Source of the DNA: Thermoproteota archaeon
GTDB taxonomy: Archaea > Korarchaeota > Korarchaeia > Korarchaeales > Korarchaeaceae
DNA length: 64,000 nt
Direction: 5' to 3'
NCBI GenBank assembly: GCA_027492205.1
Contig: JAOZFN010000005.1
Location: 40,775-104,774 of the forward strand
Shown in pieces: positions 10,136 to 18,651 of this stretch. Within the stretch, counting starts at the first letter, position 1. Every line of letters begins with the position of its first letter. The notes beneath the pieces are model-generated. The model was given only the letters and a program-made list of their open reading frames with translations. It searched no databases and had not been told where the DNA came from. The position numbers and the translations under genes are program-made.

Positions 10136-10789
10136 TTGTTCGGGGAAGCTGTCAGGAAGCTGTTAAACTTCTTGCTCGGATCGCAGGAGAGGCAGAAGGT
10201 AGCCTTGGGAATCTACGGTCCGGTGAACTCCGGCAAGACAACCCTCGCCAACCGCATGACCAGGGATTTCACTGGGAAAGACCTCGGATCGGTCAGCAAG
10301 GTTCCACACGAGACTCGGACCATTCAGATAGCCAAGGGGGTCAGAGCGAGGCTCCAGGGCAACGGAGGCAAGGCGATAGTAATGGACATAATCGACACCC
10401 CGGGCATTGCCACCCACATCAGCTACAGAACCTTCCTGAGGTTCGGCTTCACGAAGGACGAGGCCATAAGGAGAGCAGAAGAGGCCGCACGCGGCGTTGT
10501 TGAGGCCATAAAGTCGCTTGACAACGTAGATGTGGCCCTAATAGTCCTAGACTCAGCCAAAGATCCTCTGAGCCAGGTGAACCTCCTGCTCCTGAGTCAC
10601 GTCGAGGCGAAGGGAATTCCGCACATACTCGTGGCGAACAAGATCGATCTCCCCTACGCCCGACCCTGGAAGGTGGCCGAGTCCTATCCCGATAAGATAT
10701 CCGTTCCGGTGTCGGCCCTGAGGGGAACGCACATAGACATGCTGTACAGGAAAATCTACGAGCTGGTTAGCAGAGGTGAGGGCTCTTGA
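10136..10789 (+). CDS. arvA: Small GTPase, ArvA/OapA family
   Basis: G1 GPVNSGKT, PHETR, G3 DTPG, G4 NKID, G5 SAL; amphipathic N-terminus; followed by ArvB- and ArvC-like genes. Confidence 0.85.
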   Translation: MFGEAVRKLLNFLLGSQERQKVALGIYGPVNSGKTTLANRMTRDFTGKDLGSVSKVPHETRTIQIAKGVRARLQGNGGKAIVMDIIDTPGIATHISYRTFLRFGFTKDEAIRRAEEAARGVVEAIKSLDNVDVALIVLDSAKDPLSQVNLLLLSHVEAKGIPHILVANKIDLPYARPWKVAESYPDKISVPVSALRGTHIDMLYRKIYELVSRGEGS

Positions 10790-11073
10790 GATCAAAAGCG
10801 AGAAGAGAGGTGCTTGTCCTCAGCGAAATGCCCCGAGGAGGGCGCGCCCGCGAGATCCTCCAGGAAGTACTCAAAAACAGAAGGACGCTGGTCATAGTCA
10901 GGCCCAACATGGCGGAGATGCTCTCGCTGATTCAGGAGGCCCTCCTACACGGAGATGGGCATGACGGACTGGGGATCAAGGTAGAGACCCTGGGGCGGGA
11001 GGGACCGATGGTAATCGCTCCCGGGGAAGTGGTCCTCAAGAAGAGGAGAGATACCATCACCATGACGCTGTGA
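10786..11073 (+). CDS. Short, divergent ArvB/OapB (DUF2073)-like protein
   Basis: Middle gene of the GTPase/Zn-ribbon triad, 4-nt overlap with arvA; ...GIKVET...MVIAPGEVV resembles the family C-terminus. Confidence 0.55.
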   Translation: MRSKARREVLVLSEMPRGGRAREILQEVLKNRRTLVIVRPNMAEMLSLIQEALLHGDGHDGLGIKVETLGREGPMVIAPGEVVLKKRRDTITMTL

Positions 11074-11074
11074 G

Positions 11075-11434
11075 GTGACCTCGGTGGGATACACCCTGAT
11101 CTTGGTATGCCCTTGGTGCGGATACTCCGAGACGTTCGATCCGGAGGACTCTCCGCCGGAGAGGTGCCCAGCTTGCGGCTCGAGCGAGATCTTAATCATG
11201 GCGTACCGCAGCTTGGTGCACGACTCCAGGGCCGCGAAGGGAGGGGATTCTAAGAGGAAGAGGTTCCGTGTCCCGATTGCGACAAAAATGAAGCCCGTGG
11301 CTCCAATATTTCAGCTTGAGCCGGGAATCTTCAGGGTTGACCTAGAGAGGTTGTTTGAGGCGCCGGTCGAGCTGGCCGAGGAGGGGGTCGGGAGGTTCAG
11401 ACTGCTCACGGGCGAGACGGGAGACGGACGCTAA
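11075..11434 (+). CDS. ArvC/OapC (DUF2072)-like Zn-ribbon protein
   Basis: CPWCG...CPACG and C-terminal IFQLEPGIFRVDLERLF resembling the recalled family motif. Confidence 0.7.
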   Translation: MTSVGYTLILVCPWCGYSETFDPEDSPPERCPACGSSEILIMAYRSLVHDSRAAKGGDSKRKRFRVPIATKMKPVAPIFQLEPGIFRVDLERLFEAPVELAEEGVGRFRLLTGETGDGR

Positions 11435-11436
11435 GG

Positions 11437-12219
11437 TCAATCCACCAGCTTCCTGGATGTTACGACAAACCCGGTGTGGGCGATCATTCTGGACGCTGGA
11501 CGGGTTCTCTGCTCGTTTACCTCATAACCCCGAACTAGAACCTCGACCACCTCAATGTGTCCGAAGCCCCCATCCCTGGCGGCCACCGCGAACTTCTTGA
11601 TCTGCTCGCAAGAGGGGACGAAGACGGCCAGCGGGGCGCCGGGCTTCAGAACTTCCCTGGCCGCCGGAAGCACCTCCCACGGCGCCGCCATGTCCAAGAA
11701 CATCGCGTCGACGTCCCTTTCGGCGATGTCGGTTCTGAGGTCCCCCAACTTCAGCTCCACATTCCTGACCCCCAACCTCCTCAAGTTCTCCTTGGCCATC
11801 TCGTGGAACTTCGGATTCACCTCATAGCTGACGACCTTTCCCGTAGGTCCAACCGACAGCGAGAGAGCGTACGCGAGCGATCCAGACCCCGTTCCACCCT
11901 CAACTACTAGGTCGCCAGGCCTCACCCCGCTCTTGATGATCATGTAGGCGGCGTCCTTGGGGTAGATGATCTGCGTCTTCCTACCGAGCTTCTCCATGAT
12001 GTCGGCAGTGGTCGGGCGGAACACCCTCGCGATTCCCTTCTTGACCTCCACGGAGCATCCCCAGCGACGGCCGATCAGCTCCCCTAGGTCGACGGGACCC
12101 AGGTGCGTGTGGAATACCTTCCCTCTCTCTACCCTCACCAGATACTTCTTGGGACCCTTCCTCCTTCTCTCGAATACGAGGAGGGCGAGGTCTCCCTCCG
12201 ATATTTCAACGGCCATCAA
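11437..12219 (-). CDS. trmI: tRNA (adenine-N1)-methyltransferase
   Basis: TQIIYPKD, EGGTGSGSL, FLDMAAPW, RMIAHTGF. Confidence 0.95.
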   Translation of the reverse strand: MMAVEISEGDLALLVFERRRKGPKKYLVRVERGKVFHTHLGPVDLGELIGRRWGCSVEVKKGIARVFRPTTADIMEKLGRKTQIIYPKDAAYMIIKSGVRPGDLVVEGGTGSGSLAYALSLSVGPTGKVVSYEVNPKFHEMAKENLRRLGVRNVELKLGDLRTDIAERDVDAMFLDMAAPWEVLPAAREVLKPGAPLAVFVPSCEQIKKFAVAARDGGFGHIEVVEVLVRGYEVNEQRTRPASRMIAHTGFVVTSRKLVD

Positions 12220-12493
12220 GGGAGGACGTGAACTTCGCAGTCAAAAAGCGTGACCTGAGCCCTCCATCGTCAGGAGACGAACCTCCCGCAGCCGCTAGGC
12301 CAAACTAAGCAGCGCCTCGAACACCAGACCAGCGATCCACCTTGGACGATCTGTGTGATCTCCCACCGCCCTCGGTCGAGCCGAACTCAGAGCGTGAATC
12401 TTTTTATTTGGGGCCGTATAGTAACGTCGTCCCGCCCATATGGGCGGCGTCTCCCGGGCTTAAACGTCCAAAAAGTGTGCCCGGTGGGGGAAA

Positions 12494-12730
12494 TTGAGGA
12501 TAATACTGAACGCACACCTGAAGATTCTCCGGCGACTGGCTTACGCCGGTGACGAAGGTGTTGTCGCCTCTGAACTAATCCCAAGCAGGGTGGACAGGGA
12601 GCAAGTCCTGGGCTTCTTGTCAGAGATGGGTTGGATCGCACGGCAGAGGAGGTTCAGAGGGGAACGAGTCTTCATCACCAAAAAGGGACTTCTTTTCCTT
12701 GAGAACCACGGCGACGGCTACGACGCATAA
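12494..12730 (+). CDS. Small winged-helix DNA-binding protein
   Basis: LGFLSEMGWI...VFITKKGLLFLE wHTH wing signature; upstream TTTTTATT and a palindrome. Confidence 0.6.
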   Translation: MRIILNAHLKILRRLAYAGDEGVVASELIPSRVDREQVLGFLSEMGWIARQRRFRGERVFITKKGLLFLENHGDGYDA

Positions 12731-12783
12731 CCCCCCGCCCCTCTTCATTTATTTTCCCCGGAGTTCCATCGCTAGGAATCCGC

Positions 12784-14550
12784 ATGCTGGGAGACTTAAG
12801 AGTGAGGGCATCCGACGCTTCAGCTAGGCTCGCTGAGCTCGAGACGAAGAGCGGAAAGCTCAGACTCCCCGCATTCCTACCAGTGTACAATCCCAACAAG
12901 CCCTACGTCTCGCCCTCGGAGATGAGGAGGGTGGGCGCCCAGGCGATATTCACGAACTCCTACATAATATGGAGGACCCCGCGCCTGAGAGAGGTAGCCC
13001 TGGAGCGGGGCGTCCACGGCCTGCTTGGATTCGACGGCATAGTATTCACGGACTCGGGTGCCTACCAGATCTACAGGTTCGGCGGGATAGAGGCCACCAA
13101 CCTAGACATGCTCAGGTTCCAGCACGCCATAGGATCGGACGTCGCGTCAATAGTGGACGTTCCCATGGCATCCCACCTCCCCAGGAGGGAAGCCCTCGAT
13201 GGCGTGAGGATGACCGTCCGCAGCGCGAGGGAGTGGAGAGAGCACAGGGACGAACTCCAAGGCACCCTCTGGATTGGAACCCCGCAGGGATCCACCCATT
13301 GGGACCTGATAGGGTACACCGCCAGGGAGATGGCCGCCCTGGGGTTCGACTACTACGGCGCCGGCTCTCTTAAGGTGGCCCTGGAGACCTACGACTTCAA
13401 GGTCCAGGTCGATCTCCTCCTCGCAATCAGAAGGTGGCTCCCGGCTGGTAGGCCGATACACTTCTGGGGGGTTGGCCTCCCATCGGCGCTGGCCCTGTTC
13501 ACAGCGCTGGGGGCGGACAGCTTTGATTCAGCCTCTTACGCCCTGTTCGCGGAGAGTGGGCGGTACATGACCCCACACGGGACCCTCCTCTTAGACGAGC
13601 TTGAAGAGTTTCCCTGCGATTGCCCCGTCTGCTCGAACTGGACCCCCAGGGAGATAAAATCCCTCCCCAAGGCGGAGAGGGTCTCGTTGCTATCAAAGCA
13701 CAACCTCCACGTCCTGCTGAGCGAGATGAGGCTGATCAGAGAGGCAATAAGGGGCCAGTGGCTGTGGGAACTCGTTCAGGAGAGGGTGAGAGCCCACCCG
13801 CGCCTCTTAGAGGCCCTCCAGTGGGCACTCTCGAAGTACCGGGACATCCTGGAGGAGAGGGAGCCGTTCACCAAATTCCACGGCCTCTTCTACTCCGGGC
13901 CCGAGTCCGAGCACAGACCCGAGGTCATTCGAGCTAAGAAGGCTTTGAAGAGGGTTTCCGCGGGAGGTCGGGTCTTCGAGCACCCTATTTTTGGCAAGGT
14001 GCCCATCGGCCTCAGATACACGTACCCATTCGGACAGTCCATTGTCCCGGGTTGGACCGAGCCCTCGGCGTCCCCCAGTGACTCGGAACTGATCTCAGCC
14101 ATTCTCCAGTATCAGTTCGGCGTTAAAGCACCGGCAGCCTTTCGATCTCTTCGGCTCACTCGGTCGAGGGCGACTGGAATGCCCCGCGATGTGTACGACG
14201 GAGAGACTAGGGTGGGTAGCATAAGGCCGGCTGACGGCATGTTCGTCCCCTCTTTAGAAGGAGCGATCAGGCTGATCAAGGCCCTCCCGTGGCCAAAGGG
14301 GAGGGTTGTGGTGAGGGACGAGTACGCCGATAGGGTGGCCAGGGGCACGACGGTGTTCGTGAAGTTCGTCAAGGAGGTTGATCCGGAGATAAGGCCCGGA
14401 AGCGAGGTTATAGTCGTAGACGGCAGCGACAACGTTCTGGCCGTTGGAAAAGCCATCCTATCTGCGGCTGAGTACAGATCATTCCGCAGACATCAGTTCA
14501 TCCGTCTGAGGCATCACTCCCTCCCAAGAGAGACCTCGGGGGAGGGTTGA
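12784..14550 (+). CDS. tgtA: Archaeal tRNA-guanine(15) transglycosylase with PUA domain
   Basis: TDSGAYQ, FDSASY, Zn site CDCPVC...HNL, C-terminal PUA. Confidence 0.95.
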   Translation: MLGDLRVRASDASARLAELETKSGKLRLPAFLPVYNPNKPYVSPSEMRRVGAQAIFTNSYIIWRTPRLREVALERGVHGLLGFDGIVFTDSGAYQIYRFGGIEATNLDMLRFQHAIGSDVASIVDVPMASHLPRREALDGVRMTVRSAREWREHRDELQGTLWIGTPQGSTHWDLIGYTAREMAALGFDYYGAGSLKVALETYDFKVQVDLLLAIRRWLPAGRPIHFWGVGLPSALALFTALGADSFDSASYALFAESGRYMTPHGTLLLDELEEFPCDCPVCSNWTPREIKSLPKAERVSLLSKHNLHVLLSEMRLIREAIRGQWLWELVQERVRAHPRLLEALQWALSKYRDILEEREPFTKFHGLFYSGPESEHRPEVIRAKKALKRVSAGGRVFEHPIFGKVPIGLRYTYPFGQSIVPGWTEPSASPSDSELISAILQYQFGVKAPAAFRSLRLTRSRATGMPRDVYDGETRVGSIRPADGMFVPSLEGAIRLIKALPWPKGRVVVRDEYADRVARGTTVFVKFVKEVDPEIRPGSEVIVVDGSDNVLAVGKAILSAAEYRSFRRHQFIRLRHHSLPRETSGEG

Positions 14551-15346
14551 GGAGCGAGTTATAGATGTAGCACTCCCCGGGTTCAACCCTCAAATCATCC
14601 CCCCCGCGGCCGGGATCCGGCTCAACCCCCTCCCAATCGATCAGGGCGAAGGGGGTCTTCTCGGCCGACTCTCCCATTACCAGCGCCGCCGAGGCCGCCA
14701 GACTGTCGGCCACGTTTACGACCGTGAACCTGAGAGGCTTCCCGTAGATGTCCGGTTTTCCCCTAAGGTCCCGAAGGGGCTTCAGCCCCCACACGCCCAG
14801 CGCTACCCCTATGACCCCCCTCCTGAACAGCGTGAGCCTGCTGTCCACGATGATCGCCCCCACAGCCACACCCCGGCGGTCTAGGAACCACTCAACTATC
14901 CTCCTGGCCTCCCCGTCCGGATCGACGGGATGGAGAACCACGTAGCCCGGAGGTGAGTTAGATCGATCGATACCGGCCGAGCCCACCGGTATTCCGTTCT
15001 TGTAGGTGAACAGGTACCCTCTGTACCCGCCCAAGAGAAGGTCCGCCTCTTCGAGAACGGCGGAAGTCTTCCAGGGTTCCGCCCCGTAGTGTTCAGCGAT
15101 CCGCTTAGCTAGGTCGCTAACCTCAGACCACCGGCTGATGGGGACCACCCTCCCCTGACTGTAGGAGACGACCTTGCTGGCTACCGCTATTACCTCCCCG
15201 TCCGAGAGGTGGATGCCCCTGTAATCGAGTTCCTGGTCGAGTCGGGCCAAGTAGTCCTCTCCGATTCCGATTGGGGGATCTACCGGACCTATCGGTCGAA
15301 CCCTCAGCACTCCAGTCCCCCCTGATGCCCACACGGCTCGAAGCAC
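14498..15346 (-). CDS. cofE: Coenzyme F420-0:L-glutamate ligase family protein
   Basis: VASKVVSYSQG, SAGIDRSN, DLRGKPDIYGKPL, ADSLAASAALVMGE. Confidence 0.88.
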   Translation of the reverse strand: MLRAVWASGGTGVLRVRPIGPVDPPIGIGEDYLARLDQELDYRGIHLSDGEVIAVASKVVSYSQGRVVPISRWSEVSDLAKRIAEHYGAEPWKTSAVLEEADLLLGGYRGYLFTYKNGIPVGSAGIDRSNSPPGYVVLHPVDPDGEARRIVEWFLDRRGVAVGAIIVDSRLTLFRRGVIGVALGVWGLKPLRDLRGKPDIYGKPLRFTVVNVADSLAASAALVMGESAEKTPFALIDWEGVEPDPGRGGDDLRVEPGECYIYNSLLNPPPRSLLGGSDASDG

Positions 15347-15876
15347 CTCTCGAGCAGCTCTACGGCCTCTGCCCTCCTCCCTTCATCGACTCTAACCACC
15401 ACAGCCCCCCGCCCTGGCTGCCCGTAGACTACCGCCGCGTCCGTGGGTGAGAGGATAACCGCGGGGAAGCCCAGCAGATCCTCCTCTCCATCGACCAATA
15501 CGGTGACCCTCTCCCCCCCGATCGCGGAGGCAATCGCGTCCTTCACGGACCTCCAGGCCTCTCTGGTTATCGTGCCCGCGGGATTTCCTGTCTCAATGAC
15601 CCTCCTCCCCAGAAGGAGGGCTGGCAAGTCGACCTTCTCCCTCTTCTCCATCATGTCCACTATGGCCACGTCGGGTTCAACCCCCGCCTCTACCATGCTC
15701 GCCGAGACCCTGTCACCAACGGCCACGATGAGACTGCAGCCTCTGAATACCTCGGCCCCCAGAGACCCCCGCAACGGGCCTCTGGGTTTGGCCAATATAG
15801 CCCTGCACTCGTCTCTGAGCCTGACGTCGACGATGAGCTCATCTCCCTTTAGCAACATCTCCGTTACGGCCGCCAC
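15304..15876 (-). CDS. GTP-dependent dephospho-CoA kinase (DUF359)
   Basis: VGDRVS, NPAGTIT, VDGEEDL, YGQPGRG. Confidence 0.9.
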   Translation of the reverse strand: MAAVTEMLLKGDELIVDVRLRDECRAILAKPRGPLRGSLGAEVFRGCSLIVAVGDRVSASMVEAGVEPDVAIVDMMEKREKVDLPALLLGRRVIETGNPAGTITREAWRSVKDAIASAIGGERVTVLVDGEEDLLGFPAVILSPTDAAVVYGQPGRGAVVVRVDEGRRAEAVELLERCFEPCGHQGGLEC

Positions 15877-15908
15877 CTGAATATAATCCAGGAGGGCGCT
15901 CCACCCGG

Positions 15909-17486
15909 ATGAAGGTACTCTTGGTCGACGCGCTTGCTTCAGGCTCAGGCAGAAGGAGATCCTCCATTGACGTGATCGGGGCAGGGCCTAGGCAGATTGC
16001 CGGGATTCTAGAGACGTTCGGAATTGAATACAGGTTGGTCACCGCTGAGGACGCCCTGATATCCAAAGCTAGGGAGTTTGACGTCCTGATGGTCAGCGCC
16101 ATGACCATGGACGCGCCGGCCGCTCGGCGGCTGGCGGCCCGCCATCGTAGGGCCGTCAAGGTCTTGGGTGGGCCGATAACCAACGACCCCACCGTCGTCT
16201 CTAGGCTAGGGTACGACTTCGGGATCTGGGGTGAGGGCGAGGCGGCGCTGGCGCGGGTAATTGAGGCTGGCGGACTTTCAGAACCGAGCCGCCTGACCCC
16301 CGATATCCCGAATTTGCTGCTGAACCGCGGGGGCAGAGTGGTGGCGGGACCGAGGAGAAGGTTAACCCCCGGTGAATTCAACTCTCTCTCACCGTCGACG
16401 GAGGCGGTCAGGCACTACAGATCCAGACCCCACTACCGCTACGCACGGGTTTACGTTGAGGTCGAAAGGGGCTGTTCAAATTTCATTAGACCGGCGCTGA
16501 CGGCAGATCGAAAAATCTGCGATGTCTGTGGAGCCTGTCTCGGAAGCAGGCCGCCGCTGGAGGTATGTCCCCAAGGGATACCCCCTGGATGCGGTTACTG
16601 CTCGATTCCAGCAACGTACGGTGCACCCAAGTCCAAGGACGTCTCCAACGTTGTGCGCGAGGTCGAGAGCCTGATAGCGCTGGGCGCTCAGCGGATCATA
16701 CTAAGCGGCGCCGACTTTCTCGATTACGGGCGGGATCGGGAGGGAGGTGCGTTACACCCGTGTGAGCCGGGACCGAACCTGGGTGCCGTCGAGGATCTCC
16801 TGCGGTCAATAGCGTCAATACCGCAGGTGAGGGACGGCGAGGTCTACGTGGGGATTGAGAACGTTAAACCCTGTCTCTTGACCGACGAGGCGGTATCTCT
16901 GCTCTCGCACTACCTGCCAAACTCCGTCGTTCACGTGGGGATTGAGACGGGGGACGACCCTCACGCGAGGATCCTGGGGAGGCCCTGCAGCTCGACACTC
17001 GCTGAGGAGAGGGTTAAGGCGGCGGCGGAGGACGGCCTGAGGGTATACGCGTACTTCATCCACGGCCTCCCAGGGCAGTCGATGGCGACGGCTAGGGCTA
17101 CCGTGGAGATGATGGAGAGGCTCTACAGGGCCGGTGTCGAGAAATTCACCGTCTACAGGTTCAAGCCCCTCCCGGGTTCGGCCTTCGAGTCCCTTCAGCC
17201 GGGCCCACCTGCCAGAGAAGACAGGGCCTCTGCGCTCATAGAGTCAACGGCCAGGAGGCTCAACGTCGCCCGCAAGCGCGGGATGATGGGAAAGAGGCTC
17301 GAGGTCATCTTCTCGTCCAACTTCCACAGGGGCGCCAGGGTGGCCTACCCGATCCGCGAGGGCCCAACTTGCCTAGTGAAAGGCGCTCCCAAGTCTGTCA
17401 GGGTTGGCGACAGGGGTTACGTCCTCGTGACGGGTCTCGTGTCGGATAGGGCGCTGCTGGCGGAGTTTCTCAACAAGGAGACTTGA
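15909..17486 (+). CDS. B12-binding-domain radical SAM protein with Cys-rich insertion and TRAM-like C-terminus
   Basis: N-terminal B12-binding-like region (LGGP, GEGE), ERGC...CGYC, GIETGD, YFIHGLPG, FKPLPGS. Confidence 0.85.
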   Translation: MKVLLVDALASGSGRRRSSIDVIGAGPRQIAGILETFGIEYRLVTAEDALISKAREFDVLMVSAMTMDAPAARRLAARHRRAVKVLGGPITNDPTVVSRLGYDFGIWGEGEAALARVIEAGGLSEPSRLTPDIPNLLLNRGGRVVAGPRRRLTPGEFNSLSPSTEAVRHYRSRPHYRYARVYVEVERGCSNFIRPALTADRKICDVCGACLGSRPPLEVCPQGIPPGCGYCSIPATYGAPKSKDVSNVVREVESLIALGAQRIILSGADFLDYGRDREGGALHPCEPGPNLGAVEDLLRSIASIPQVRDGEVYVGIENVKPCLLTDEAVSLLSHYLPNSVVHVGIETGDDPHARILGRPCSSTLAEERVKAAAEDGLRVYAYFIHGLPGQSMATARATVEMMERLYRAGVEKFTVYRFKPLPGSAFESLQPGPPAREDRASALIESTARRLNVARKRGMMGKRLEVIFSSNFHRGARVAYPIREGPTCLVKGAPKSVRVGDRGYVLVTGLVSDRALLAEFLNKET

Positions 17487-17492
17487 GCGAGG

Positions 17493-17569
17493 TGGTGGGG
17501 CCGCCGGGATTTGAACCCGGGACCACCAGCGCCCCAGGCTGGCATCCTACCAAGCTAGACCACGGCCCC
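17493..17569 (-). tRNA. tRNA-Pro(GGG), CCA encoded
   Basis: Reverse complement GGGGCCGTGGTCTAGCTTGGTAGGATGCCAGCCTGGGGCGCTGGTGGTCCCGGGTTCAAATCCCGGCGGCCCCACCA. Confidence 0.97.
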
Positions 17570-17633
17570 ACGGCCAAACCATCTCGTCCCAGCTCTGGTT
17601 ATAAACAGTTTGTCTGAGCCGGTCTGATCTGCG

Positions 17634-18062
17634 TCAGGTTAGAGGGCCTCGCTTTCCCCTAGGACCATATGCCCACGCCTCTTTGAAGACCCTGTCTGCC
17701 ACTATGAGAACGTAAGCTTCAGTCTCCGGTCTCGCAATGAGAAACCTCCCGTCTAACATTTGGTGCGGCCACTTCCTGCTCGCCACACTTCGATAGGGCA
17801 GCCATCTAACTCTGTAGAACCTCTTCTCCACATACACTCTAGCCCTCGTGGCGGGTAGGGGCAGCTTCTTCCAGGCGCCAATGCCCTCGGCATCCCACAG
17901 GACTATCTCGCTGGCCCTCTCGCCAGAGGCTGTAGTCGCTTTCCTGGAGTACCTCGCGATTCTGACAACCCCGACGGAGTAAACCCGATCGAGCCTGTAC
18001 TCTCCGACTGGTATGAGCTTGCCGCGCCCGTCTTTGAATCTGTCACTGTAGGGAAGAGGCAC
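17634..18062 (-). CDS. Hypothetical basic protein
   Basis: 142-aa ORF with a TTTATA box about 25-30 nt upstream of the GTG (leaderless geometry); no recognised motif. Confidence 0.55.
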   Translation of the reverse strand: MPLPYSDRFKDGRGKLIPVGEYRLDRVYSVGVVRIARYSRKATTASGERASEIVLWDAEGIGAWKKLPLPATRARVYVEKRFYRVRWLPYRSVASRKWPHQMLDGRFLIARPETEAYVLIVADRVFKEAWAYGPRGKRGPLT

Positions 18063-18307
18063 TTAGACCTTCCATTTGGCGTAACTATAAATCCTAGGGT
18101 TCTGTAGACGAATGCAAACACGCCTAACGAAGTAAAACGTCTAGAGGACGAGGTTCAACCCACACTTTTGATGAACTCCCCATTTGAATGCTTATGTCCA
18201 ATCCTGGGATTGCAGAGGGGACGCTAATCTGAAGTGAATTCAGAGAAAACTTCCCCAAAGAGACACCGGTCTCACTAGATGCGGCATTCATAGTTTTGAG
18301 GTTTCCG

Positions 18308-18547
18308 ATGAAGTCAAGTAAAAGGAACCGAGGCCCTAGCCCCTTTACAACGGGCGCGCTGGTGTCGGCCGTCATCGCATCCCTCCCCGAACCAAACGGG
18401 TGGATAAAGGGCTTGACAGTCCTGTCACTTGCAACCGTCTTGGGCGTCACCTTCACTGGGAACGTGACGGAAGGGCTCTTGGAGTCCCTGCTGGGGGCAT
18501 TCACTTCTGGGGCCATAACCCGCCTCCTGCAGTCGCTGGGTAGGTAG
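18308..18547 (+). CDS. Small hydrophobic, probably membrane, hypothetical protein
   Basis: GAGGT SD-like site before the ATG; basic N-terminus followed by Gly/Ala/Leu-rich segments. Confidence 0.45.
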   Translation: MKSSKRNRGPSPFTTGALVSAVIASLPEPNGWIKGLTVLSLATVLGVTFTGNVTEGLLESLLGAFTSGAITRLLQSLGR

Positions 18548-18597
18548 CAGAGTCGACGCGCATGCGGCCCACGGCCGGCCGGGCCTGCTGAAGGCCT

Positions 18598-18643
18598 AAA
18601 GTTCTTTATAACACATACGAAAGTTTTATATAGCGAAAACTTT
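18598..18643 (+). promoter_or_regulatory. tfb promoter: two BRE/TATA-like boxes, the proximal one within an 8-bp inverted repeat
   Basis: AAAGTTCTTTATA and AAAGTTTTATATA; AAAGTTTT-N8-AAAACTTT at 18620-18643. Confidence 0.6.
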
Positions 18644-18651
18644 GAAAATGG

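Noticed and set aside
12220-12266. GGAGG...CTGA...CCTCC as a C/D sRNA upstream of trmI
   Set aside because: Box C match is poor
18168-18232. Possible C/D box sRNA (TGATGA...CTGA)
   Set aside because: No convincing C' box or terminal stem, and spacing is irregular; needs snoscan or RNA-seq
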